Shown: positions 51,742 through 61,585 of the stretch, in pieces
How positions within the stretch are numbered: the first letter of the stretch is position 1
Layout of the letters: each line of letters starts with the position of its first letter
Assembly: GCA_965261395.1 (NCBI GenBank)
Contig: OZ253462.1
Coordinates: 5,152,001 to 5,216,000, forward strand
DNA length: 64,000 nt
Direction: 5' to 3'
DNA from: Candidatus Latescibacterota bacterium
GTDB taxonomy: Bacteria; Latescibacterota; UBA2968; UBA8231
Made by a program: the position numbers and the translations under genes
The notes under the pieces: model-generated
Told to the model about the DNA's origin: nothing
The model's database searches: none
Seen by the model: the letters and a program-made list of their open reading frames with translations, nothing else

Positions 51742-53363
51742 GCACTCCGTGGCCGTGGCTGGCCGCCCTCGCACTGTTGAGCGGCTGCACCTCCGAGCCT
51801 TCTGCGCCCACCGCCTCGACCCACTTTGTCGACGTCGGCCGGGCCGCCGGCTTGGACTTTACCCACTTCAACGGCTTTTCCGGGGAGTACTACTACGTCG
51901 AAACATTTGGTGCCGGGGCCGCCTTCCTCGACTACGACGGCGATTGGGACCTCGACCTCTACTTAGTCAACGGCACCTACCTAAAAGGACTTCCCCCCGA
52001 CCCCCTGCCCCGCAATCACCTCTACCAAAATCACGGGCAAGGAACCTTCCACAACGTCAGTGGCCTCACCGCCGCAGCCGACCCAGGCTATGGCTTCGGG
52101 GTCTCGGCCGCCGACTACGACGCCGATGGCGATCAGGATCTCTTCGTCGCCAACTACGGCCCCAACGCCCTCTACCGCAACGACAACGGCACCTTTGCTC
52201 GCAAGGAGGTCGGCGTCGAAGACCCGCGCTGGGGCACTAGCGCCGGCTTCTTCGACTACGACTTGGACGGCGACCTCGACCTCTTCGTCGCCAACTACGT
52301 TCACTTCAGCCTCGACGCCAATATCGTCTGCAAGGTCGGCAAGACCCGCTCCTACTGCGAGCCGGCCGCCTATTCCCCAATCGGCGACATCCTCTACCGC
52401 AACGACGGTGGCCGCTTCACCGACGTCAGCGAGCCGGCCGGCATTACCCTAGCGGGCCGCGGCCTCGGCGTGGCCTTTGCCGACTACGACTTGGACGGCG
52501 ACACCGACCTCTATGTGGCCAACGACGGGACGATGAACTTTCTCTACGAGAACCAGCGCGGCACTTTCGCCGAGGTCGGGCTGGCGGCCGGCACCCGCTA
52601 CGATGAACACGGCCACGCCGAGGCCGGCATGGGCACTGACTTTGGCGACTACGACCGCGACGGCGATATGGACCTTTTCGTCACTAATTTTGCCTTTGAG
52701 ACCAACACGCTCTACCAAAACGACGGCCAAGGCCAGTTCGCCATCGCCTCTGGGCGACTCGGCCTGGGTGAGGCCTCGTTCCGGCCCCTCGGCTTTGGCA
52801 CCCGCTTCCTCGACTACGACAACGACCGCGATCTCGACCTCTTTGTCGCCAATGGACACGTCATGGACGTAGTCGCCGAATGGGACTCGACCCAGACCTA
52901 CCGCCAGACCAACCAGCTATTCCGCAACGAGGACGGCCAACGCTTCGCCGATGTCTCTGCTAGTATGGGACCAGCCTTTGCCCAAGCCAATGTCGGGCGC
53001 GGCACGGCGGTGGCCGACTACGATGACGACGGCGATCTCGATTTGCTGGTCACCACCGTGGCCGCCCCACCGCGCCTATTGCGCAACGACGGCGGCCACC
53101 GCCACCACTGGCTGCAAATCTTCCTCACCGGTCGGACCCACCCCGATGCCCTCGGTGCCCGCGTGGTCGTCACCGCTGGCGATGTCCGGCAAACGCAGGA
53201 GCGCCAATCGGGCAGCAGCTATCTGTCCAGCCACGACCCACGACTGCACTTCGGCTTGGGAACGGCCACCCGCGCCCGCGTCGAAATCACTTGGCCTTCC
53301 GGCCAAGTGCAGACCCTCGAAAACGTCGCCGCCGACCAAGTCCTCCGCGTCGAGGAACCTTAG
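51738..53363 (+). CDS. CRTAC1-family (FG-GAP + ASPIC/UnbV) lipoprotein
   Basis: LLSGC lipobox; ETFGAGAAFLDYDGD; SGSSYLSSHDPRLHFGLG. Confidence 0.9.
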   Translation: MSTPWPWLAALALLSGCTSEPSAPTASTHFVDVGRAAGLDFTHFNGFSGEYYYVETFGAGAAFLDYDGDWDLDLYLVNGTYLKGLPPDPLPRNHLYQNHGQGTFHNVSGLTAAADPGYGFGVSAADYDADGDQDLFVANYGPNALYRNDNGTFARKEVGVEDPRWGTSAGFFDYDLDGDLDLFVANYVHFSLDANIVCKVGKTRSYCEPAAYSPIGDILYRNDGGRFTDVSEPAGITLAGRGLGVAFADYDLDGDTDLYVANDGTMNFLYENQRGTFAEVGLAAGTRYDEHGHAEAGMGTDFGDYDRDGDMDLFVTNFAFETNTLYQNDGQGQFAIASGRLGLGEASFRPLGFGTRFLDYDNDRDLDLFVANGHVMDVVAEWDSTQTYRQTNQLFRNEDGQRFADVSASMGPAFAQANVGRGTAVADYDDDGDLDLLVTTVAAPPRLLRNDGGHRHHWLQIFLTGRTHPDALGARVVVTAGDVRQTQERQSGSSYLSSHDPRLHFGLGTATRARVEITWPSGQVQTLENVAADQVLRVEEP

Positions 53364-53666
53364 ATCGCCACCATGCTCGCTCAGCTTTCGGGACTGCCCA
53401 CCTGCCTCGTGCGCAAACAGGCCAAAGAATACGGCACCTGCAAACTCGCCGAAGGTCCCGACATTGCCAGCAAAAATCTGCTGATCGTTGAAGATGTGGT
53501 CACTTCCGGTGGACAAATTGCTCTTTCCGCTCAGGACCTGCGCAATCTCGGCGCAGAGGTTTCGCAGGCCATCTGCGTGATTGACCGCGAATCCGGCGGC
53601 ACCGAGAGCCTAGCCCGAGCAGGCATTGAACTCCGCGCCTTGTTTCGGATGAGCGAACTGAAGTGA
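53364..53666 (+). pseudogene. pyrE: 5'-truncated orotate phosphoribosyltransferase (C-terminal ~100 aa only)
   Basis: RKQAKEYGT loop and PRPP motif LLIVEDVVTSGGQ; frame begins IATML immediately after the upstream TAG; the N-terminal region (F.L.SG..S..Y.D) is absent. Confidence 0.8.
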
Positions 53667-53692
53667 CGGTGGGTGCCGAAAGCGACTCATCC

Positions 53693-55147
53693 ATGAATCG
53701 TCCCAATATCCTCTTCATCCTCTCCGACCAGCACAGCAAATTCCACCTCGGCTGCTACGGCGACCCGCTGGTGCGCACCCCGCACCTCGACCGCCTAGCC
53801 AGCGAGGGCATGCGCTTTGCCAACGCGTACACTCCCTCGCCTTTGTGCGTACCAGCGCGCATGGCCTTTATGACCGGGCGGCGGCCCAGCGCCAACCAAG
53901 TCTGGGGGAACGACCACATCCTCAACTCGGCGCTGCCGACTTGGGCCCACGCCATGGGAGCGGCCGGATACGAAACCGCGCTGATCGGCCGCATGCACTT
54001 TGTCGGCCCCGACCAGCGCCACGGCTTTGAGCACCGTCCCATCGGCGAGTACAGCGCCCGGCATCCGGGTGCGGCCCAGCAGGGCGGGCCGATGTTCAAG
54101 GACATCCCCGCCAGCACCTCGGGCCAGACCCGCGAATGCGTCGAAATAGCTGGGTACGGTCGCACCACGTACCAAGCCTTTGACGATCGGGTCGCTGAGG
54201 CGGCTTGCGCTTATTTGGAGGAAAAGGCGCAAGCGCACGATCGGCCCTTTGCCGCAGTAGCCGGCTTTGTGCTGCCGCACTGCCCTTTTTTCGCCCCCAA
54301 GGATCTATACGATTATTACTACGACCGCGTCGATGTGCCGCAACCCGACCCGGCCGGGGAGCCAGCGGCGGTGACTAATTTCAAAAAGCGCCGCCTCATT
54401 GACGAACCCCTGCCCAAAGAGCGCATCCGCGTGGCGCGGGCGGCCTATTTTGGTCTGTGCGAATACTTCGACCGCAAAGTCGGCCAGCTCCTCGACAAAC
54501 TCGACGAGACCGGCTTGCGCGACAATACCTTGGTGATCTACGCCAGCGACCACGGCGAGATGGCCGGCGAGCACGGCTGCTGGTGGAAGAGCAACTACTA
54601 CGAAGGCTCGGTAGGCGTCCCCCTCATCGCCCGTTTGCCTGGAGTGATACCAGCGGGCGTGGAAAACCCGGTGCTGTGCAATTTACTCGATTGGGCACCC
54701 ACGGCCGTAGAAGTAACCGGCGGCGAGCCCCTGCCCGCGGCCGACGGCCATTCGCTGTGGCGCGAACTACAAGGTCACGCGGATGACGCCCGCCCCCATA
54801 CCACCTTCAGCGAACTGGGGCCCTCGCGCGGAGGCCCTCCTTCGCGCATGATCCGGCAGGGGCCGTGGAAGCTCTACAAATATCACGACGACACCCCGCC
54901 GGCTTTGTTCAATCTGGCGGACGATCCAGGGGAATGGAACGATTTGGGCAGCGCTGGTGCCTACGCTGCCCTGCGGCAAAATTTGCTCGACCAGCTCTAC
55001 GCTGATTGGGACCCCAAACAGGTGGCCCGACGCAGCGCTGAAATGACGCGGAATGCCCAAGTGCTGACAGCGTGGGGACGGGCGGTGCAGCCCCTGCACG
55101 AAGATACTCTGCCAGTCGAAGACGACGAGGATGTGGTGCGCTGTTGA
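53693..55147 (+). CDS. Cys-type sulfatase (choline-sulfatase-like)
   Basis: RPNILFILSDQH, CVPARMAFMTGR (CxPxR), GRMHF, SDHGEM, VPLI. Confidence 0.92.
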   Translation: MNRPNILFILSDQHSKFHLGCYGDPLVRTPHLDRLASEGMRFANAYTPSPLCVPARMAFMTGRRPSANQVWGNDHILNSALPTWAHAMGAAGYETALIGRMHFVGPDQRHGFEHRPIGEYSARHPGAAQQGGPMFKDIPASTSGQTRECVEIAGYGRTTYQAFDDRVAEAACAYLEEKAQAHDRPFAAVAGFVLPHCPFFAPKDLYDYYYDRVDVPQPDPAGEPAAVTNFKKRRLIDEPLPKERIRVARAAYFGLCEYFDRKVGQLLDKLDETGLRDNTLVIYASDHGEMAGEHGCWWKSNYYEGSVGVPLIARLPGVIPAGVENPVLCNLLDWAPTAVEVTGGEPLPAADGHSLWRELQGHADDARPHTTFSELGPSRGGPPSRMIRQGPWKLYKYHDDTPPALFNLADDPGEWNDLGSAGAYAALRQNLLDQLYADWDPKQVARRSAEMTRNAQVLTAWGRAVQPLHEDTLPVEDDEDVVRC

Positions 55148-55157
55148 GGGAGTCGCC

Positions 55158-58100
55158 TCACATATACGACAGAAAATGCCCAGTCTCCCCCAGCACTCCA
55201 TCAATGCACAGCCACAATCCGGCCGCCGTCGCCTCGCCCAAAATCAGCCCTAAAAAAAATGGCTTGGCCCGCTCGTAAAGCGGCATCCCGCCCCACTTGA
55301 CAATGCCCAGTTTGAGCGCCCACGCGATGCACACTGAAAACCACACTTGATTAGCCAGCCAGCCCACGCTGACGATAAACCCCAACGGGTGCAACGGCCA
55401 CCAATAAAACCGATGGTGCCCCCACAAAAGCACGGCCTCGAAGAGTCCGCCGATGCCGGTAAAAAACCAACCCCGCCCGTCGGCTGGCAGCGGATCGACG
55501 ATCGGCCGCGCCATGTCGGTAAATGTGCGCCCGGCCTGACGGGTCATAAAGAAGGGGTGCAAATTGATCCCGCCGTGCTCGTAACACACCTGAAAAATGA
55601 TCCACGTCGCCCCGGCCAAACTCACCACCAACGCCAGCGCCATCCCCCAAAACAGCCGCCTTTTAGAGCCAACCACCGCCTCGGCCAGCTTGAGCGAATT
55701 GGCCGCGGCAATCATCGGAAAAAGCCGCATCTCGGACTGCCAGATGTAGGTAAAGGTCAGGGCCGTCAGCCCCTTGGCCCCAATCACCGGTGCGCCGACC
55801 GCGGAAATGACGAAAAACGCCGCCACCATCGGCGAACGCGCCGTCGCCAACCCGGCCGTGGCCACCGCCCGCGTGACGAACACGTAGAAGAGCAGGCACA
55901 CCAACAAAAACAGCGGCAAAATCGCCAGTGGCACCCCGGACGCCCACAGCCAGACGCCCACGAAAAACAGGCTGGCCAAAAAGCCAAAGACCGCCACCCG
56001 GTAGGAAAGCATCTCCCCTGAATCATCCACCGTTGGGTCGCCGCGCCACGCCTTGCGCCACACCGCCCCCAAGTGCTGCCGCCCCATCCACAAGGTGTAG
56101 CCGACGAAAATTAGACAAGCCCCCATCACCTCGTGCGTCAGATCCGCGGTCTGCGAGTAGGAGTAGAGACTCAGCTTTTCGCTGCTGGCAATGCCTAAGT
56201 CGGCGAAAATCCCCTCTTGTGCCTTGTTGAAGACGTAGAAGAACCAAATCGAAAAGGAAATGTTCAGGTTGACCAAATAGAAAAAGCCGATCCACGCGTA
56301 CACCCAGTGCAAATTCAGCTTATTGCCGATCCACGACAGGAGCCCAGCCGACTGAATCGGCTGCGGCACCGCCGGGAAGTAGTAGTGCAGCCCCTTGAAC
56401 GACAGCAGGACGAACGGCACCGCAAAGCCGATCCACAACAGCCGCTGCTTAAAAAGCGGTGCCAGCTTAAATCCCGGCCGGCCCTCCTCCACCATCTTGA
56501 GCGGCAGTTGCACCATGGGATAGGCCAGCCGCTCGTGCTGCGACCACTGCCGGTGCAGGATGGAACTCATGCAGAGCATCATAAAGCTCAGCACCAAAAA
56601 GAAGACGTACCAATAGCCCAGGGTCTCGCTCCAAGCCCCCCACGGAATGCTCTCCCCAGGCGGCAGCCCCTCGTGCAAACCGACAATCGCCTGCCGGTCC
56701 TGCGGTGCCAGCCACGGCGTCACGTGCGGAAAGAAAATCTCGCCCCAGTTGTTTTCCGGGGTCGCGTAGTAGTACAGCCCGCTGATGATCGGAATCAGGT
56801 AGCCGACAAACGCCTGCGTTGGCACCGCCGACGCTAGCAGCATCATCGCGTAAATGAGCACCAAATCGGCCCGCCCCAAGGCGAGGCCGCGGCCGAGCGC
56901 CCGCAGCAGGGTATTGCCCCCCACCACCAACACAAAAAACAGAAAGATCGCCCCGGGCGACGAGCTGTTGAGCGCCATGTACGACCCTTGTAGCATAATC
57001 ACCGCATAGGGTGCCCCCATGCCGATGCCCAAGGCCAACAGCGCCCCCACCGCAAACCCCCGCCAAGTAAAGGACGCCGACTGTTCCGCTGCCAACTGTT
57101 GCTCCACCCGCTCCTCGGCCTGCTTAGCCGCCAACGCTCGCGCCGACTCCACGTGCTGGACTCGCTCGGCCTCCCGGAGCGCATACCAAATCAACATCTG
57201 CTTCCGCAGCGCCTCCACCAGCCGCAGATTGAGCCGCTGCCAGTAGTGGTGCTCGCCGCTTAGTCGGCGCAGCCTGACTTCCATCGCCCGTGCACGCGCT
57301 TCGGCCGACACGAACTCCACGACCACCTCTTGGCTCACCCCCAAGTCAAACGGGGCCAACCACAGCGTAAACGAGAGGCGATAGCCGTCGGCCTGCGTAA
57401 CTTGCATATCTTCGACGTAGAAATCCCCCAGCGTCGCCCGACCAAAGGCCCCAAAGTAGTTGGCCAAAAAGCCGCACACCCCCTCGATTTCTCCCTCGCC
57501 GAGCATGAAGGGAAACTCAAACAGCCACTCGTCGCCGCTGGGCGGGTCTGGCCGCCAGCGCCGCACCACGTCCGGCACCGCCTGCCGCGCTGCCTGCCGC
57601 GCCGGATAGATCGTCGAGAGCAACACCACCCCCATCACCGCCAGCGCGGCCCCAATCGCCGCCAGCGACGAGTAGTTCAAGGTAATGCCCTGCAACAACC
57701 CCAGTGCTAACAGAACCCGCCCCAACCCCTGGCCCAGCAAGTAGCCCAGCGTCGTCCCCAGCACCGCATAGACGCAGGCTTCGGCCACAAACAGCAGCGC
57801 GATGTGCAAGGGAGCCAGCCCCACCGAGGAATAGATGCCGATCTCGCGCAGGCGTTCGTGCACCGCCCCCATCATCGCATTGAGCACAATGAGCGCGGCC
57901 ACCAGCGCGGGAATCGCCAGCGCCCCCAGCCCCTCCACAGCCGTCAGCCCCACCGAGCTCAGGGCCGTCACCTCCCCTTCCGGCGAGCCGACAAACAAGG
58001 TAGCCGCCACCCGCGTCAGATAGTCCTCGACCAGCGCCTGCCCGTCGGTCGCCCCCGGAAAGCGCACGGCCACCGAGCGCAAGCTGCCCCCGGCCTCGGC

Positions 58101-61100
58101 CAGCGTTTGATAGGGCACGAGGACCACGTGGTGCGGCTTTAGGTGGATGAAGGGCCGCAGTTCGTGTGGATCCTCCTCGTCGGCAATATCCACATCCTGC
58201 GCTGCCCCTAGCTGGAGCACCTCTGCGCCCGACAGGACAAAATCGGCCGGCATCAGACTCTCGTCGTCGAGGTCGCGCAGTTCACCCAACCGCTCCGGGT
58301 CGGCAATCCCGCGCACCTTCAGCACGCGCCCGAACACTTCGACCTGATCCCCGACCCCGATACCCAACGCCTCAGCCATGTCCAGCGGCAAGATGCAGGT
58401 GGCCTCGTCATCTGCGGCAAAAAACGATCCAGCCACCAAGCTCGCATCCACCCGGGTGATCTGCGCCTCCTCTGGCGTCAGGCCCAACAAGCCCGTGGCC
58501 CGCACCGCGTTTCCAGCCGCCGTCACCGCGATCCAGCCCCCCTTGCCGCCTTCGGCCGCGTACCAGCCGCGTCGCCCCATCCAGCCGCTGCCGCCAAAGT
58601 GCGACTCAGCGTAGTCGAGCGCCTCCGGCGTCAGGCGCTCCCAGCCGCGATCGCGGATGAGGATCCCGGGGTACGATCCAGCGTGTGGTAGCTGGAAACT
58701 CGCGTAGCGGATTTGCTGTTCAAACGAGGTAAAAGAGAGCAGGGTAAACGTCAAAAGCGTCAGCGTCGCCAGCGTCAAACCGGTGCGCAGAGGCCGCCGC
58801 CGCATATTGGAAATCCCCAGCATGAAGGCCGCATAACTCGCGCTCAAGCGGCTCAGGTCCTGAGCGTGGACCCGCATCTGCTGGCTCTGGTGCTGGGCCA
58901 TGACGCGGTTGAACCGGCTTACCAGCATACAGAGCACCAAGGCAGCCATTGCCATGATCGCAAACGCCAACAGCACCACCAGCGGCTCGGCCAGCTCAAA
59001 GGCTGGATGTACCTGCGCCAAAATCAGCCAAATCGCCAGCAATAACAGCCCAAAGCCAGCGAGCTGCCGGCGAATATCGGCCGCGGCAAACAAGAGCCGC
59101 TCCCCGAAAAAGGCCGCCGGCAACAACAGCGCCATAAAGAAGATCACCCCTTCGAGGACGTCGTTGAGCGTCGCCAAGACCTCCGGGTAGGCCCGCGTCT
59201 CCAAGCCCAGCGCCTTGCGGCTCCACGCGATGTACTCATCCCACTTTAGTTGCTCGGCCGCTGCTGCCGCCTCGGCTATGGCCGCCGCCGCCTGCGCGTG
59301 GAGGCGCGTCAACCGCTGATTTTCAATGCCGTGCTCCTTGAGCACTCCCAGCCGCGCCGCATCCAAGTTCCACACGTCTTGCGCCGCCTGCAGCGTCGCG
59401 GCCCCAAATCCCTCCTCGGCCAGCAAAAATCCCCGGCCCCGCGCCTCGACCTCGCTTTGGCTGCCCTCGCTGTTGAGCAACAAAAGCTGACCGTCCAAAA
59501 TCACTTTGACGCGATCGTCGGCCGCGGCATCGACCGGCCCGTAGATTACTCCCACCGAGCCAATGCTGCTTGGACCCAGCGCGTACCCGTACTGGCCCGG
59601 CTCGCCCCCGTCCGCTGACAGCACCTTGACTTGGTTCAACGCGCGCAAAAGGCGCGGCTCGACCAAGCCGTACAGAGGCCGACCCACCCCGGGGAAGAGC
59701 ACGGCGATCTGCTCGTTTTGCGGCCAGCGCACATTAGTGGCCAAGCGGCCATCCGCCCCCGGTTTCCCGTGGTGCGCTTGCGCGCGGGTGCTCAAATCCA
59801 CGACGTGGGTAAGCACCCCCCGCTCGGCGTCCAGCGCCGCCACCGCCAGCGGATACGTCCCCTGCACCAGCCCAGGGACCCGCGCCGTCCCGGCGGCATC
59901 CGCGAGAAAGTAGCGCGTGTCGCGCACTCCTTTGCGCTGTTCTTTTTCTACCTGCACCGCCACCAGCGCCCCGGCCACCGGCCGGTCCGGCACCTGACTG
60001 CGCCGGGGAAACGTCCGCGCTTTGACCCGCAAATCCCGCAGCCGATCCTCCAACGCCTCCTCGAGCCGCTCCCGCCCAGCCAACAGCGCCGTATCGGCCA
60101 ACGCATAGGCCAGTAGATCGGCCACTAGCGCCGCCTGTCCTTCCACATGGTCCCACGCCACGCTCTCGCCCGTGTCCTGCGGCAAATCCAGCGCAAAGCG
60201 GGCATCGCCTACCGTGGCCAGCGTCAGCGACGGGAACCCCGTCTCAAGCGCCAACTCCCCATCCGCGACCAAGCCCCCAGGCATATAGCTGTCCCAATCC
60301 ATTCCCCGAATTGGGCTGATGCCATTGGCCACCGCCTCGGCGCGGCCCAGTGCCTCCGCGTACTCGGTAAAGCGACGGCCAAAGGGCACGAAAAACCGCT
60401 TGAGCGCGTAGCTATCCGTGTTGTTCCACAGTACCACCCGCTCGCCGTGGCTGGACAAATCAAGACCAATGAACAGAGCAATATCCAGCGGCTCGGCCAG
60501 CCGGGCCGCGTAGTACTCTTGGCGGCGAGCGTGCCGGTCGAGAAAGGCGACCATGCCCTGCCGCCCTTGGAAGTGGGCACCCAGCGCGGCGATCACCACC
60601 GTGTGCGCTGGTGGGTTTGCTTGCAAGCGAGCAACCACCTCCAACAGCGCCGCTACACTCACCGCCGCCTCTGCCCCCGGTGCCCGCGCGGGCACCACCG
60701 ACGGCGCGTCGTAGTACGCATGGATGAGTACCGTCTCGTCCCGCGAGGTCCCCGCATCCTTGCCCGGCACCACCGCCCACACGTTGTACGCCACTCGCTC
60801 CTGCCAATCCATCCGCCCCCACAGCCCCACCTCCACCTCTCCATCCACCAACCGCCGCCGCAGCCGCTGTCCAGCGGCCCCCTCCACCCAAAAGCGTGGC
60901 ACATCCAACGGTGCCCGCACGTACTTGCCCTGCGCCTGCTGCGTAGTAGCCGAATCCGCAGCCACAAACACCACCGCCCGCGCCCCCAACGACGCGGCCT
61001 TCAGCCAAGCGTCCCCACTGGCAAAGTCCAGCACCACCACCCGCCCAGCCACCTCCTGCCCATTGAAATCGCCCCAATCCCCATCGCCGCCCCAAATCGC

Positions 61101-61424
61101 CGACGCCCGCAACCCCTCCGGCGGCACGGTCGAAGTCCGCGCCCCATTCGGCCACACCGCGTACAAGGGTACCGACTCATCCTCCCACTCCAACCGCCCA
61201 CCCCGGTCCATCGGCACCACCACTGCAAAGGAGTCGCGTCGCGTCGCCAGCCCCAACGCCTGCAACCGCCCCTCTACATACTCCGCCGCTTGGGCACTCC
61301 CCGGATACCCCGCCACTCGCGATCCCAGTGAGGACAAATGCTCCACAATAGCTCGCGGCTCTGCAGAAGCCGCCACCGGGCCGATGGCAAAGGCGATCAA
61401 AAAGGCGATCATCAGCGCAATCAT
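55158..61424 (-). CDS. Giant membrane fusion: degenerate M28/PA peptidase + FtsX-like ABC permease + DUF6785/DUF6784-type transporter (~2090 aa)
   Basis: LGSRVAGYPG, NVWAVVPG, HAYYD; SNMRRRPLRTGLT, VHERLREIGIYSSVG; ERLAYPMVQLP, WWPLHPLGF, KPFFLGLILGE. Probable start 61424 or 61412. Confidence 0.8.
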   Translation of the reverse strand: MIALMIAFLIAFAIGPVAASAEPRAIVEHLSSLGSRVAGYPGSAQAAEYVEGRLQALGLATRRDSFAVVVPMDRGGRLEWEDESVPLYAVWPNGARTSTVPPEGLRASAIWGGDGDWGDFNGQEVAGRVVVLDFASGDAWLKAASLGARAVVFVAADSATTQQAQGKYVRAPLDVPRFWVEGAAGQRLRRRLVDGEVEVGLWGRMDWQERVAYNVWAVVPGKDAGTSRDETVLIHAYYDAPSVVPARAPGAEAAVSVAALLEVVARLQANPPAHTVVIAALGAHFQGRQGMVAFLDRHARRQEYYAARLAEPLDIALFIGLDLSSHGERVVLWNNTDSYALKRFFVPFGRRFTEYAEALGRAEAVANGISPIRGMDWDSYMPGGLVADGELALETGFPSLTLATVGDARFALDLPQDTGESVAWDHVEGQAALVADLLAYALADTALLAGRERLEEALEDRLRDLRVKARTFPRRSQVPDRPVAGALVAVQVEKEQRKGVRDTRYFLADAAGTARVPGLVQGTYPLAVAALDAERGVLTHVVDLSTRAQAHHGKPGADGRLATNVRWPQNEQIAVLFPGVGRPLYGLVEPRLLRALNQVKVLSADGGEPGQYGYALGPSSIGSVGVIYGPVDAAADDRVKVILDGQLLLLNSEGSQSEVEARGRGFLLAEEGFGAATLQAAQDVWNLDAARLGVLKEHGIENQRLTRLHAQAAAAIAEAAAAAEQLKWDEYIAWSRKALGLETRAYPEVLATLNDVLEGVIFFMALLLPAAFFGERLLFAAADIRRQLAGFGLLLLAIWLILAQVHPAFELAEPLVVLLAFAIMAMAALVLCMLVSRFNRVMAQHQSQQMRVHAQDLSRLSASYAAFMLGISNMRRRPLRTGLTLATLTLLTFTLLSFTSFEQQIRYASFQLPHAGSYPGILIRDRGWERLTPEALDYAESHFGGSGWMGRRGWYAAEGGKGGWIAVTAAGNAVRATGLLGLTPEEAQITRVDASLVAGSFFAADDEATCILPLDMAEALGIGVGDQVEVFGRVLKVRGIADPERLGELRDLDDESLMPADFVLSGAEVLQLGAAQDVDIADEEDPHELRPFIHLKPHHVVLVPYQTLAEAGGSLRSVAVRFPGATDGQALVEDYLTRVAATLFVGSPEGEVTALSSVGLTAVEGLGALAIPALVAALIVLNAMMGAVHERLREIGIYSSVGLAPLHIALLFVAEACVYAVLGTTLGYLLGQGLGRVLLALGLLQGITLNYSSLAAIGAALAVMGVVLLSTIYPARQAARQAVPDVVRRWRPDPPSGDEWLFEFPFMLGEGEIEGVCGFLANYFGAFGRATLGDFYVEDMQVTQADGYRLSFTLWLAPFDLGVSQEVVVEFVSAEARARAMEVRLRRLSGEHHYWQRLNLRLVEALRKQMLIWYALREAERVQHVESARALAAKQAEERVEQQLAAEQSASFTWRGFAVGALLALGIGMGAPYAVIMLQGSYMALNSSSPGAIFLFFVLVVGGNTLLRALGRGLALGRADLVLIYAMMLLASAVPTQAFVGYLIPIISGLYYYATPENNWGEIFFPHVTPWLAPQDRQAIVGLHEGLPPGESIPWGAWSETLGYWYVFFLVLSFMMLCMSSILHRQWSQHERLAYPMVQLPLKMVEEGRPGFKLAPLFKQRLLWIGFAVPFVLLSFKGLHYYFPAVPQPIQSAGLLSWIGNKLNLHWVYAWIGFFYLVNLNISFSIWFFYVFNKAQEGIFADLGIASSEKLSLYSYSQTADLTHEVMGACLIFVGYTLWMGRQHLGAVWRKAWRGDPTVDDSGEMLSYRVAVFGFLASLFFVGVWLWASGVPLAILPLFLLVCLLFYVFVTRAVATAGLATARSPMVAAFFVISAVGAPVIGAKGLTALTFTYIWQSEMRLFPMIAAANSLKLAEAVVGSKRRLFWGMALALVVSLAGATWIIFQVCYEHGGINLHPFFMTRQAGRTFTDMARPIVDPLPADGRGWFFTGIGGLFEAVLLWGHHRFYWWPLHPLGFIVSVGWLANQVWFSVCIAWALKLGIVKWGGMPLYERAKPFFLGLILGEATAAGLWLCIDGVLGETGHFLSYM

Positions 61425-61585
61425 AGCGTCCCAATATCGGCCCCCAACGTCCCGTATAGCAAGCAAACTAACGGACGCGGCTTTGTCGGCACGGGCTGGA
61501 GTACCGCTTCTGCGACGATTATCTTTTTGCAAGGGGGAACTTCAGCTATCGGCAAGACGTTCAAACGCAATTGAAGGAGGGCTTC

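Noticed and set aside
14427-53363. Recurrent GACTACGACAACGACGGCGAC-like sequences as CRISPR or DNA repeats
   Set aside because: They are codons for DxDxDGD FG-GAP motifs within CDSs, degenerate and irregularly spaced.
55158-61330. Strongly C-rich plus strand (also 2375-3200 and 21632-22100) as a foreign or hypermutated tract
   Set aside because: The plus strand is C-rich for genes on both strands, consistent with ordinary replication-associated GC skew.
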